DNA from: Parcubacteria group bacterium Gr01-1014_3
GTDB taxonomy: Bacteria; Patescibacteriota; Minisyncoccia; UBA6257; WO2-44-18
DNA length: 64,000 bases
Direction of reading: 5' to 3'
NCBI GenBank assembly: GCA_007376445.1
Contig: VMGF01000001.1
Coordinates: forward strand, 114,875-178,874
Below are positions 28,828-38,875 of this stretch, one piece after another. The position numbers and the translations under genes are program-made. The notes beneath the pieces are model-generated. The model did no database searches. It was not told the DNA's origin and saw nothing but the letters and a program-made list of their open reading frames with translations. The first letter of the stretch is position 1. Each line of letters starts with the position of its first letter.

Positions 28828-29562
28828 ATGAATAAAGGCTACGTAGAAAGGTTTGCCTGCGCGGTCCGTAATTGGCGAGCGCGCCAGCTTTTTAAAGCTC
28901 TGCGAATTTACTGTCGTGGCGCGATATTAGACGTCGGTGGATGGGATTTTTATTTGAAAGTCCGTAATGATCCGAAAATTAAATTTGAAACTTGGACTAA
29001 TTTGGAATCAACCGAAAATCAATTGGCGAAAATCGAAAATGATCCTCGTTATAAAACCATACTCGGCGATGGCTGCAAAATGGCCTTGCGGGATAGTAGT
29101 TTCGATACGGTCATAAATATACAGGTGCTAGAGCATGTCTTCGAACCCATACAAATGGTTAAAGAAATCGGAAGGGTGCTTAGACCAAATGGGTATGCGA
29201 TTTTCCTAATTCCAGGCACTAGTGTTCTCCATATGGCTCCGGAACATTATTATAATTTTACTCGTTTTTGGATCAAGCAAGCAGTTAAAAAAGCCAATCT
29301 TTCTATCGTTGAATTTAAGCCTATCGGTGGCCTCTGGAACACGACCGCTACCCATCTTTTCAGATTTTTCTTCCAAAGCCTGCGCCTTGAAGGATATTCA
29401 ACTCCAGACGTAAAGCGAAATTTGTTTTTTTACCTATTCTATCCATTGATGGTAATCTATGCCATCGTGAACATTCCGATAAACCTATTTCTAGGCTGGG
29501 GGGATCTCACCGAAGACGCCAATAATTTTTTGGTGGTGGCTAAAAAATCCACCTTGGATTAA
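28828..29562 (+). CDS. Class I SAM-dependent methyltransferase (type 11-like), 244 aa
   Basis: ILDVGGWDF (motif I variant) ... VINIQVLEHVFEPIQMVKEIGRVLRPNGYAIF (post-I/II/III motifs). Confidence 0.7.
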   Translation: MNKGYVERFACAVRNWRARQLFKALRIYCRGAILDVGGWDFYLKVRNDPKIKFETWTNLESTENQLAKIENDPRYKTILGDGCKMALRDSSFDTVINIQVLEHVFEPIQMVKEIGRVLRPNGYAIFLIPGTSVLHMAPEHYYNFTRFWIKQAVKKANLSIVEFKPIGGLWNTTATHLFRFFFQSLRLEGYSTPDVKRNLFFYLFYPLMVIYAIVNIPINLFLGWGDLTEDANNFLVVAKKSTLD

Positions 29563-31706
29563 ACAAGCTCCAGTAATCATATTCAAATTGCACGGTATGG
29601 ATGCCGGCAGGAACAAAAATTCCCGGAAAGACAGTGTTAACTTTATACATTGGCACTTCTTGGTCGTCAAGGAAGGCTCTCCAGCCGGGAAGATAATTCT
29701 GGGTGAAATTCGTATATTTCCATCGGATCTGATTTGAAAGCGGTAACATCGGCGAAATAGGCCAGTGGTCTGGCGTTCGGATTTAAATAAGTTGATATCG
29801 GAAGACTGGCGGCTTCTTCGTTGCCAATGGCTAGATCAAGAAACCACCTTCCAACTAACGGCAGGGTTATCTTCGGATCAAGCTGGTCAAAAGCGAAGGG
29901 GCTCATAAAATAACGTATTCCCAAAAAATCCGCCAATGGGAGCCGGCTGGCCAGTAAGCGATGTTTCTCTATGACCGAAATATCTCGACCATCTTTAACC
30001 ACGTATGTCTTGTCCAGCTTTTTTTCACCACCGTCTGTAACCAGTTGCCGGGTACCTAAAAAAGCCAGCAGTCTTCCCATCTCCACATTAAGAAGAGGAT
30101 CATTGATTTCCAGGGTCTCTATTCCATAAAGCAACGAGTAATTGGGGCGGTAAGTCGGTAAATCAAGTGAAAGGTTATAAAGAAGATCTTCCTTGGGTGG
30201 TGTATCCCCAGGACGAAATTGATAAAAAAATGTATCGTCCCAGTCATCCACGAAAAGCGGCAAGACTCGGCCAGGCTGTCCCTTAAAAAAATCTAAAGTT
30301 GCTGGCTTCATTTCATAAAGACGCCTATCGATCACAAACGACTTATTGAATGAATAAAAGAACATGGCCATGTCTAAAACCGTAAGAATTGTTAGTAACG
30401 GTAAAAGCAGTAGTAGTTTTTTAACAGACAGCTTAAAAATTAAATAAACCAGGGTTAAAAAAACAGCGGAAATAAGCACCGAATAAAAAACGGTCTGGGT
30501 TCGAAAAACAAGAATGGTCAGGATCATTAAAGAGGCCATTCCAATTGTAATTGCCGTTAATCTTTTTTTAATTATCGCGCCGCCTAAAACATATTCACAC
30601 CCGAAACCCACTAAAACCGATCCGGCAAATGCGCCGACAAACATAAACCTCGCCGATCCCTGGAAATAGCTGAACAGGGGTAATTTAATAATCAACCAAA
30701 ACAATGGAGATCCTTTAATGGAGATTGCTAGAGCAATCAAAAAAAACCATCGGAAAAATTTTGCAATGGGATTTTTACTGAAAAAAGAGAAAATAAGCAG
30801 CATTAGTGGCGCGATGCCTAAATACAAATAAGCTTCGAGACCTCGCTGCGGCGTAAGGTGCACAAAGTTCAACAGTTCCTTAAAACCAATCGCATATCCT
30901 TGGGCAACCTGATAGGCCAGCCCGGCGCTTCGTCCCGAAAACTGGGCCATGATATATACGGGAACCAACTGCAACGCGCCAATTAAACTGCCGATTAAAA
31001 ATGATGCAGCCAGCGCCGCGATTAATCTATAAAAAACTATTTTGCCATGTTTTATACCAAGAAAAACTACGAACGCGAGGAGAGTGGTAAAAATATAGAG
31101 GTTTCCAAAATACACCACAGTTGTCAGCCATCCCCAGGCCACCGCGAGTGAGCCAATCCCCGCGTATAAAACAAATTTTTGCCAACCAGAACTTTTCAAA
31201 ATCATCATAATAACCAAAAAAAGAACTGCCTGAACCAAGAGGATATTTATTACGGTGGCATTTTGTGACCAATAGAAATCTCCGATGATATAGCTTAGGC
31301 CGCCAATCAACGAACCCCAAGTTCCGATACCTAGTTCGCGTAGAAAACGAACAGAGAAAAAAAGTGTTAGCGACAGCGCAAACCACAAATACCAATAATG
31401 GGCCGCTATAGGAGATAAAAAGCGCGCCAATTGAACCACTGGCGCGAACGGACTGCTTAAATTGCTGATAAAATTCGGAAATCCAACGGCTATATACGGG
31501 TTCCAAAACGGGCTTTCGCCTTTCGCGAACGCGTCTTTAAAAAAAGTGAGCTGAGGAATCATCAACTCTGAGGCATCGGCTGAAAGCACTTTGCTGCCGC
31601 TAAGCATCGGAAACAGGAGAATGAAAAATAAAACAAAGCAAACTATCAAAAGACCCCACCAGGTGCTGACAAGATTCCGAACACGCTCTAAAATAGAAGG
31701 TCGCAT
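29540..31706 (-). CDS. YfhO-like polytopic membrane protein, paralog 2, with a reading-frame discontinuity near 29710
   Basis: Main frame 29667..31706 (679 aa). Conserved C-terminal domain (FTQNYLPGWRAFLDDQEVPMYKVNTVFPGIFVPAGIHTVQFEYDYWSLFNPRWIF) lies in another frame at 29540..29749. Homologous along its length with 25831..27969. Confidence 0.5.
29612..29710. repeat. 99-bp segment 100% identical to 25851..25949 (copy 2)
   Basis: See copy 1. Confidence 0.9.
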
Positions 31707-31709
31707 ATT

Positions 31710-32453
31710 TTATCCGCGATCTTTCCTAGCGATACAGAGCAGCGATGCTCCAAATGGGAAGCTTACCCAGCGCAATAATTTTCCTTCAAGGCCAAATAAC
31801 CAACCCATCACGCTATTCAGGATCTTTGGCATGGCAAAAACATCCGATCCGCTCGTACGAATTCCAAATAAATTTTTTATAAGGCGAAAAAGAGCAATGG
31901 GTGGAAAAAAGAAAGTATTGAAATAGGTCATCTTTACTATAGTTAATCCAGTAGCCTCGCTGATCGCGGCACGCATTTGTTTTTTAGTATATCGCCTCTG
32001 GTGATGCGAGATAGTATCATGTTCGCTCCACAAGAACTTGTAGGCGGGAACCGTCACCATCATTACTCCCCCGGGCTCCAGGACAGATTCAATTTTCTTC
32101 AATGCCGTTCGATCATCCCTAATGTGCTCCAGAGAATCAAATAGGGTAACAAACTGGAAGGTTTGATTGACCTCAACGTCCGGCCACTCACCTTTTATAA
32201 TGTTCAGATTTTTATCCTTTTTCTTAAGCATTCCGATCATTTCATCCGCCATTTCCACGCACCATACCGAATCGGCTATCTTGGACACTAACGCTGTGCA
32301 AAATCCGGTCCCACAGCCAACATCAAGCGCGCGCTCAACGTGACGTGGTATTACTTTATGATTAAGCATATTAGAAATAACCTTTTGTCGGCCGGTAAAC
32401 CACCAGTGCGTTTCTTCTAAACGCTCATAATCTGCATAAAGACTTTTTTCCAT
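31710..32453 (-). CDS. Class I SAM-dependent methyltransferase, 247 aa
   Basis: ALDVGCGTGFCTALV (motif I) ... LEPGGVMMVTVP. Confidence 0.75.
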   Translation of the reverse strand: MEKSLYADYERLEETHWWFTGRQKVISNMLNHKVIPRHVERALDVGCGTGFCTALVSKIADSVWCVEMADEMIGMLKKKDKNLNIIKGEWPDVEVNQTFQFVTLFDSLEHIRDDRTALKKIESVLEPGGVMMVTVPAYKFLWSEHDTISHHQRRYTKKQMRAAISEATGLTIVKMTYFNTFFFPPIALFRLIKNLFGIRTSGSDVFAMPKILNSVMGWLFGLEGKLLRWVSFPFGASLLCIARKDRG

Positions 32454-32534
32454 AGGATTCTATATATTATGTGGTCATCTGACCGACACATCAAGAGCCG
32501 GTAGATTGTGAAAGCAGATATATTATTGTAATCT

Positions 32535-33173
32535 TTGAGCATGAAAAGCCTTCTTGAGAACGCGTTGATAAAAAAAATCGCGAATATTCCAGTGGTCTGG
32601 AATGCCGCTCAAAGTCTTATCGGGGCAAATCAGTGGAAAGCTCGGTTGTACCCATCTGTTTTCAAGCAAAAAGGCGGAACGCTCCTTGATTTTGGGTGTT
32701 CAGGCGGAAACGTGACCGCCCTATTCCTCGACTTTGACTATTTTGGCGTGGACGTTGATCGGCAGGCGATCCAGGCCGCGCGCAACAAGTTTAAGCAGTA
32801 CCCCAACGTAAAATTCTTTGATCTCGACATTATTAAAAGCGGTTTCAAGAAAAACTTTTTTGATCACATACTCTTCGCGGGGACGGCGCACCACGTCACT
32901 AATGACGAATTAAGAAAAATAATTGAGATTCTCATGGAGAATCTCAGGGTAGGTGGCCAGCTTCATTTTTTTGACCCTGTTCACCAGCCGAAAGACAACT
33001 GGATGACCAGATTTATTATCCGTTCTGACCAGGGGAAAAATGTCCGTACCGAGGAATCTTACAGGGGCTTCTTTTCACCCGACAAATATAAAATAAACGA
33101 ATGGAGAGTTTGCCCCAGCCCAGATCGATTCATCAAGTTTCCGGATTTTTTATATATCAATATTACTAAATAG
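32535..33173 (+). CDS. Class I SAM-dependent methyltransferase-like protein, 212 aa
   Basis: LLDFGCSGGNVTALF (motif I-like) ... LRVGGQLHFFDP. Confidence 0.6.
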   Translation: MSMKSLLENALIKKIANIPVVWNAAQSLIGANQWKARLYPSVFKQKGGTLLDFGCSGGNVTALFLDFDYFGVDVDRQAIQAARNKFKQYPNVKFFDLDIIKSGFKKNFFDHILFAGTAHHVTNDELRKIIEILMENLRVGGQLHFFDPVHQPKDNWMTRFIIRSDQGKNVRTEESYRGFFSPDKYKINEWRVCPSPDRFIKFPDFLYINITK

Positions 33174-34182
33174 TCTGAGAATACCGCTTGTACCAACTAA
33201 TCGTCTCCTTTAGTCCATCTTCGATTCCATATTGGGGTTTCCACCCCAGCACGCGATTTGATTTAGACGAATCAAGGTATTGATTAAGAATTTCGTTTTT
33301 AGCGTTATTCAAGATGATTGGTTTCAGGTCCTGTTTATCCATGAGTTTGGAAATGGCATTCACGACCTCGAGTACCCGTAAAGGATTATTATTTCCAAAA
33401 TTAAACGCTTCTCCTGTAATTTTTCCATTCGTTAAATTTTCCGCGAGACACAGGTAAGCCGACACCGCGTCCTGCACATAAATATAATCGCGCAGATATG
33501 AACCATCACTTCTAAGTTCGATGGGTTTCCCCTGAAGCATAGTTTGAATTGTTCCGGGGATGAGCCGTGAGAAATGAAGGTCGCCTCCCCCATAGATATT
33601 CCCGCATCGCGCTAGCGTGGTAGAAAGTTTGTAAACCTGCGCGTACATGCGGGTGATCTGGTCGGCGCAGCTTTTTGAACAATCATATGGATGATACTCA
33701 CCATTAAGTGAAAAATCTTCGGTGTATGGAAGCGTTTTCTGGGGTCCATAGGCTTTATCGGAAGAAGCCACGATCACATGAACACCATGATGTTTTCGAG
33801 CTTCTTCGAGTACCCGCACCGTTCCCATGATATTGGTATCAAGCGCCTCGGCGGGATCGGCTAAAACCTCCCCGACAAGAGCGGAGGCCGCCAAATGAAA
33901 AACTGTGTCAATTTTATGAGTCGTAAAAAGAGTTTGTAGTAGCTTGGTGTCGCGCACATCTCCTTGTACATACAAAACCTTTTTAAGTAAGTTGTCGTAC
34001 GGCTCTCCTAGAAAACGTTTCGGTTTTAGATCAAGAGACACCACGCCGGCGCCCTGAACCGCCAATTCATAATTCAACCATGAACCCACAAAACCGGCTC
34101 CGCCGGTCACTAATACCTGCTTATTTTTCCAGAATTTATTGGTCGTGGCATTCATTCGTGTACCTATCGCCAATTTTTCCAA
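33166..34182 (-). CDS. rfbG: CDP-glucose 4,6-dehydratase, 338 aa
   Basis: FWKNKQVLVTGGAGFVGSWL N-terminus (characteristic FWxGKxVxVTG-TGFKGSWL), YDCSK catalytic motif, and collinear similarity to Salmonella RfbG. Confidence 0.85.
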   Translation of the reverse strand: MEKLAIGTRMNATTNKFWKNKQVLVTGGAGFVGSWLNYELAVQGAGVVSLDLKPKRFLGEPYDNLLKKVLYVQGDVRDTKLLQTLFTTHKIDTVFHLAASALVGEVLADPAEALDTNIMGTVRVLEEARKHHGVHVIVASSDKAYGPQKTLPYTEDFSLNGEYHPYDCSKSCADQITRMYAQVYKLSTTLARCGNIYGGGDLHFSRLIPGTIQTMLQGKPIELRSDGSYLRDYIYVQDAVSAYLCLAENLTNGKITGEAFNFGNNNPLRVLEVVNAISKLMDKQDLKPIILNNAKNEILNQYLDSSKSNRVLGWKPQYGIEDGLKETISWYKRYSQTI

Positions 34183-34979
34183 ACAGCGGTGCCATTATTC
34201 CACTCTTTGTTTAAAAGCTCCATATCACGAACGGTGTCCATGCACTGCCAGTATCCATTGTGACAATAAACCGCGAGCTGGGACTCCGCCGCCAACTTTG
34301 GCAACACATCACGCTCAAAATTAAGCCCCTCTCCGTCAGTCAGGCGATCCAGCACGGCCCGATTGCACACAAAAAATCCGCCATTGATATAGTTGTCCTG
34401 TAGTTGCGGCTTCTCCGTAAATTGCACGTCGGAATCATGGATATTGATCTGGCCGAACCTGGCCGGAGGGCGAACACCGGTAATGGTTACCATCTTGCCC
34501 TGGGCGCGGTGAAAGGCGACCAGATCATCAATATTCACATCAGCCACGCCGTCGCCATATGTAAGTAAAAACACATCATTGGTTATATATGAAGCGATAC
34601 GCTTGAGGCGCGCTCCCGTTTCAGAATCTAGGCCGGTTCCGGCGATCGTCACGCGCCATTTTTCTTCGGCGGGGACATGCATCGTCACATTCCGATTCTC
34701 TTTGGTAAAGTCGACGGTAAAATCACCCTGATACATAGGGTAATTGAAAAAATAATCTTTGATTTTTTCTCCTTTATAGCCGGTCGGAAGGATAAAGTTC
34801 GAAAAACCAAAAGAATTATAAATCTTCATGATGTGCCAGAGGATCGGGCGCTCTCCGATCCGCACCAATGGCTTCGGGATGGTTTCGGTCTCTTCCCTCA
34901 GACGAGTACCTTTCCCCCCGCACAAGATCACTACGGGAATTTTGGACTTATCGATTCCTTTTTGAGATGGAGTATCCAT
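34164..34979 (-). CDS. rfbF: Glucose-1-phosphate cytidylyltransferase, 271 aa
   Basis: VVILCGGKGTRLREETETIPKPLVRIGERPILWHIMKIYNSFGF...YGDGVAD...INGGFFV...GYWQCMDTVRD, matching RfbF along its whole length. Confidence 0.9.
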   Translation of the reverse strand: MDTPSQKGIDKSKIPVVILCGGKGTRLREETETIPKPLVRIGERPILWHIMKIYNSFGFSNFILPTGYKGEKIKDYFFNYPMYQGDFTVDFTKENRNVTMHVPAEEKWRVTIAGTGLDSETGARLKRIASYITNDVFLLTYGDGVADVNIDDLVAFHRAQGKMVTITGVRPPARFGQINIHDSDVQFTEKPQLQDNYINGGFFVCNRAVLDRLTDGEGLNFERDVLPKLAAESQLAVYCHNGYWQCMDTVRDMELLNKEWNNGTAVWKNWR

Positions 34980-35030
34980 TGCTATGACCTATAGAAAATA
35001 GCACGCAATAAGCTTACTGTAAACGCAAGC

Positions 35031-35945
35031 TTATGGCCTCAGGTACACGGCGATGATCTTGTCCTGCAACGCCATATTTTCGATTATTTCTTTTTTACTG
35101 ATCAAGGGAGAAATCTTACCCTCAATCGCGTCTACAAATTTTTCAATTGATACTTTGAGCGGATCTTTAATATCGAATTCAGCTTTGTCTGTCACTAGCC
35201 TCTGCTGATAGTTTTCTCCGATTTCTCGTCGGAATTCTAGTCCGTCAAAAGTAAAATTCACCTTTCTGGGCCGGTCTACCTTGTGGGTGAACTTGTAGTG
35301 TATGTCGCATTCGGACTTCTTATTAATATATTTAAAGTAAACATCGATGTCCTCCGGAGAATGCTTCGAAAACTTTATTTCCTCCGCGTGCCCATCCGGA
35401 ATTAATTTCACCACCATGCTGTTAGTGTGCGCTAACTGCTCGGCCAGCATGTCCACACCAAAAACGCTAGGCTGCATCTCCATAGAAAAAGTTTTGAGCC
35501 TAGAGAGGTCAACTTTATCTTTTATATAATCGATAACCGCCGGCCACTGCGTATTTACGGCAAGAACCTTGCCTTGTTTTTCTGAAAACTCCACCAGTTC
35601 CTTGGCCGCCCCATAGTTGTCCGCGTGAGAATTCAGGACCAGCGGCTTCTCGCATAAAACATGCAGCCCCGCTTCCAGGCATTTTTTTATCTGGGCATAA
35701 TGCAAACGTGAAGGGGTACAGATACTCACGGCATCAAGCTTCTCGTTTTCGACAAGGCTCGCCAAGTCGAAATAACCCCTTGGGCGAATGCCGTATTCGG
35801 CGTGAAGATCTTCGGCGGTTTTCAAGGCTGTCTCCTGACTACTCCCAAGAATCGCGACCACATCAGCTCCGGCGCTTAAAAATTCCCGAACATGGAACTT
35901 CCCGATCGAGCCCGCCCCCAGAACCGCTATTTTCAACTTCGCCAT
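35031..35945 (-). CDS. Gfo/Idh/MocA family oxidoreductase, 304 aa
   Basis: KIAVLGAGSIGKFHVREF Rossmann fold and the EKP motif (CEKP). Confidence 0.75.
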   Translation of the reverse strand: MAKLKIAVLGAGSIGKFHVREFLSAGADVVAILGSSQETALKTAEDLHAEYGIRPRGYFDLASLVENEKLDAVSICTPSRLHYAQIKKCLEAGLHVLCEKPLVLNSHADNYGAAKELVEFSEKQGKVLAVNTQWPAVIDYIKDKVDLSRLKTFSMEMQPSVFGVDMLAEQLAHTNSMVVKLIPDGHAEEIKFSKHSPEDIDVYFKYINKKSECDIHYKFTHKVDRPRKVNFTFDGLEFRREIGENYQQRLVTDKAEFDIKDPLKVSIEKFVDAIEGKISPLISKKEIIENMALQDKIIAVYLRP

Positions 35946-35946
35946 C

Positions 35947-37227
35947 TTAAACTTCCGAATTTTTCACTATTTTAAAATCAGGCAATGGCACAATGAAATT
36001 TGATTTAAGCCCCCTGGCTTTTAACTGCTCCATAATTGGTTTGGCATAATGCCACGCTAATAAAACTACGAAGTCTGGCTGTTCATCGATCAATCTTTGA
36101 TTGTTCACGACCGGAATATGCTTGCCGGGGAGATACATACCCAACTTTAAAGATGCCGGCTGCTCGGCCAAATATGGCAAAAGTTCAGAGTCTACTCCGT
36201 AGTAGTTAAGCAGAGTGGAAGACCGGCCGGGGCAAGAGTTACCCACGATCCTTTTGCCGGATTTTTTTGTGGAAATTAAAAAGTCCATAAAATTTACTCG
36301 GGCGTCCCTAACTCTTTGAGCAAATTTTTTATATGTCTCAATCTTGCCCAGCCCGGATTCCTCTTCCAGTTTCAAAAGCTTTCCAACTTCGGCAGAAACT
36401 GGCCTGTCTTTGCCCTTGGTGACGTGTACCCGAATATTACCTCCATACCTATCACCTCTTTCTACGTCGGTAACGGTAAAGTCGTACTGATCAAAAAGGG
36501 CTACAAGGGATTTCAGCGAATAGGTTCTTAAATGCTCGTGATAAACCGTGTCGAACTGTCCGCCCCGAATTACATCTAAAAGATAGTGCGTTTCCGAAAT
36601 AAATACCCCGCCATCTTTTAATAAATTGTAAGCTCCCATAATCACCTCACCCAAAGTTTGCATGTGCGCGAAGGTGTTGGTTGTCACCATTAACGACGCC
36701 TGACCATGTTTTTGCTTGATCGCCTCAGAGGTTTTAATATCAAAAAATGACTGGATCGTTTCAATACCGCTAGCGTTGGCGAGCTTGGCGATATTTGTAG
36801 GCTCTACCCCAACAGTTTTGATGCCCGTGCCCTTGAAGCCGCTTAATAATGTGCCGTCATTAGAGCCTACGTCAACAACTAAGTCGTTGGGGTTTAAATT
36901 ATATTTCTTAATCAAAGACTCCGCTATCTTTACCTGATATTCCACCAATTCTTTGGTAACTCCGCTCTTGTAAGGATAATTTGGATGATACACTTCGCTG
37001 CCATCCACGCAGTAATCTATCTGAACACCAGTGCAATTTTCACACCAAATCATACGAAGCGGGTAGCTTTTTTCCGGTTCGTTCAACATAGCTTTGGTCA
37101 ATAAGGTGTCGCACAACGGCTGATGACCCAAATCTAAAATAGTGTGCAGCTTATCTGAATTACAAACCTGGCAAGCGCTGATATGTCCGGTCTTTACAAG
37201 GTGGTGTTTGGGGTAGCTAAGGTTCAT
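35947..37227 (-). CDS. NDP-hexose C-methyltransferase (TylC3-like: Zn-ribbon Methyltransf_13, class I MT and C-methyltransferase C-terminal domain), 426 aa
   Basis: N-terminal CQVCNSDKLHTILDLGHQPLCD ... CENC zinc-binding motifs, then VVDVGSNDGTLL (motif I). Sits beside rfbF/rfbG. Confidence 0.7.
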   Translation of the reverse strand: MNLSYPKHHLVKTGHISACQVCNSDKLHTILDLGHQPLCDTLLTKAMLNEPEKSYPLRMIWCENCTGVQIDYCVDGSEVYHPNYPYKSGVTKELVEYQVKIAESLIKKYNLNPNDLVVDVGSNDGTLLSGFKGTGIKTVGVEPTNIAKLANASGIETIQSFFDIKTSEAIKQKHGQASLMVTTNTFAHMQTLGEVIMGAYNLLKDGGVFISETHYLLDVIRGGQFDTVYHEHLRTYSLKSLVALFDQYDFTVTDVERGDRYGGNIRVHVTKGKDRPVSAEVGKLLKLEEESGLGKIETYKKFAQRVRDARVNFMDFLISTKKSGKRIVGNSCPGRSSTLLNYYGVDSELLPYLAEQPASLKLGMYLPGKHIPVVNNQRLIDEQPDFVVLLAWHYAKPIMEQLKARGLKSNFIVPLPDFKIVKNSEV

Positions 37228-37229
37228 AA

Positions 37230-37925
37230 TTATCGTTTAATAAACCTATAATAGAGTAAGTTTTTTAGAAATTCAAGGCTTGCCCCTATGCCTATTTTGG
37301 ACTTTCCCTCCTTTCTTGATTGGAAGACTACCGGATATTCTTTTATCGGGATTCCGCCACGCAAAGCCTTGATAACTACTTCGGCATCAATAAAAAGATC
37401 GGTAGATGCCAGTCCGGTTTTTTCATAAAACGATCTTTGGAAAAGTTTTGGCTTGGCATTCACGTCATGTACTGAAGTGGAAAACAACGCGTGGAAGATA
37501 AGATTATAGATTCTGCTCTGGATCGCGCGGAATACCCCGTCAGGACGCGTCATTCTCCTGGCCTTAAAAAATGCGAAGTTCTCTTGCCGCATTTTTTTAT
37601 ACATTGCGCTTAGATCTTCGGCGCGCACTTGGCCATCACCGTCGGTCCATCCGACAATTTCTCCGCGCGCCACGGAAAGACCCTCTAAAATCCCGCCACC
37701 ATACCCGCGATTAGGGAAGACGCGGCGCGCGCGTACTCGCGGCATTTCTTTGCTCAGCATTTCTAGAACGCCTTGGGTATTATCCAGCGAACCATTATCG
37801 ACAACGACGATCTCAAAGTCTGATTCAACTTTTTGTAGTTCCTTATGAATATCCCGAATGATCCGCTCAATATGGACGCCTTCGTTGTATGCGGGAATTA
37901 CGATCGAGAGTCTCATAAACAGCAT
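37230..37925 (-). CDS. GT2 glycosyltransferase (DPM1-like polyprenol-phosphate sugar synthase, soluble type), 231 aa
   Basis: LSIVIPAYNEGVHI...EIVVVDNGSLDNT...TDGDGQ (DxD). Confidence 0.8.
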   Translation of the reverse strand: MLFMRLSIVIPAYNEGVHIERIIRDIHKELQKVESDFEIVVVDNGSLDNTQGVLEMLSKEMPRVRARRVFPNRGYGGGILEGLSVARGEIVGWTDGDGQVRAEDLSAMYKKMRQENFAFFKARRMTRPDGVFRAIQSRIYNLIFHALFSTSVHDVNAKPKLFQRSFYEKTGLASTDLFIDAEVVIKALRGGIPIKEYPVVFQSRKEGKSKIGIGASLEFLKNLLYYRFIKR

Positions 37926-38003
37926 ATTATAACAAATAGAATACCTTGGAAAGATTATTTTTCAGATTAAAAAAGCCTATCCGAGTCAACGGATAGGCGG
38001 TAG

Positions 38004-38786
38004 TTATATGGATTTTCCGATCTTGATATTTTCAACCCGGATGTAGCCGGATTGAACAAGTTTTTTTTCCAAAACCGGGTTATGACGAAGATCTTCGACC
38101 TCTTGATAAAAACTCCACGAAAGAAGCCCAGCCTGACCGGAATGGATAACGCCGTTCCAGATGTTTTGTTGTACCTCATCGCGGGTGAGCGCAAAAACAT
38201 TCAGGCCGCCATCGGTTCTGACGTACTTTTCATAAGAAAGTCCCGAGAGAAATACCACATTCATAAAGCTCTGAAGGGCAAGTTCCGAACCCAGGGCGTA
38301 GAGTGGATGAAGTTGGCTATAGTAAAGAACTGTTTGTTCCTGCACCCCAGTTTCTTCAATAAGTTCGCGCAGGAATCCGGCTCTCAAGCCTTCGCCCGGC
38401 TCAACGGCTCCGCCAGGAAATTCCAAAGAACTATAAGGCCCGAATACGCGAAGATCAACGCGCTTCCCTTGGATTTCCGCGATCAGCGGACGATCCGGGT
38501 AGCGTCCCTGCGCCGGTCTCTGCTCAACGATCATGAGTAGTCGACCATCAGGCAAAACCGGCACCACGCTCGCGCATTTCTCAATCCATTGCCCGTTTTC
38601 CGAAACGGTCTCGATGTAGCAAAAGTAGGGATGTTCGCCATTCGCAAATTCAGCCTTTTGCCTTCCATCACTGGAACAATGCGCGACAACGCGATAGCGA
38701 TAAGGCGCTTCTAAGATTGGTTCAATCGCGCCTTCTACCCAGGTAATTTTCCGAAGAGCTGTCTTTGTCGCTTCTTTGCTATGCAC
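38004..38786 (-). CDS. NUDIX hydrolase with N-terminal extension, 260 aa
   Basis: Nudix box GGAVEPGEGLRAGFLRELIEETGV. Confidence 0.75.
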   Translation of the reverse strand: MHSKEATKTALRKITWVEGAIEPILEAPYRYRVVAHCSSDGRQKAEFANGEHPYFCYIETVSENGQWIEKCASVVPVLPDGRLLMIVEQRPAQGRYPDRPLIAEIQGKRVDLRVFGPYSSLEFPGGAVEPGEGLRAGFLRELIEETGVQEQTVLYYSQLHPLYALGSELALQSFMNVVFLSGLSYEKYVRTDGGLNVFALTRDEVQQNIWNGVIHSGQAGLLSWSFYQEVEDLRHNPVLEKKLVQSGYIRVENIKIGKSI

Positions 38787-38875
38787 AAGATACCTCCGAT
38801 ATTCGTAAGAACCGCTTCATTTATATCATAAAATCCAAAATAAGCAAAGCTAGACCAATCATAAGTTTTTTGATT

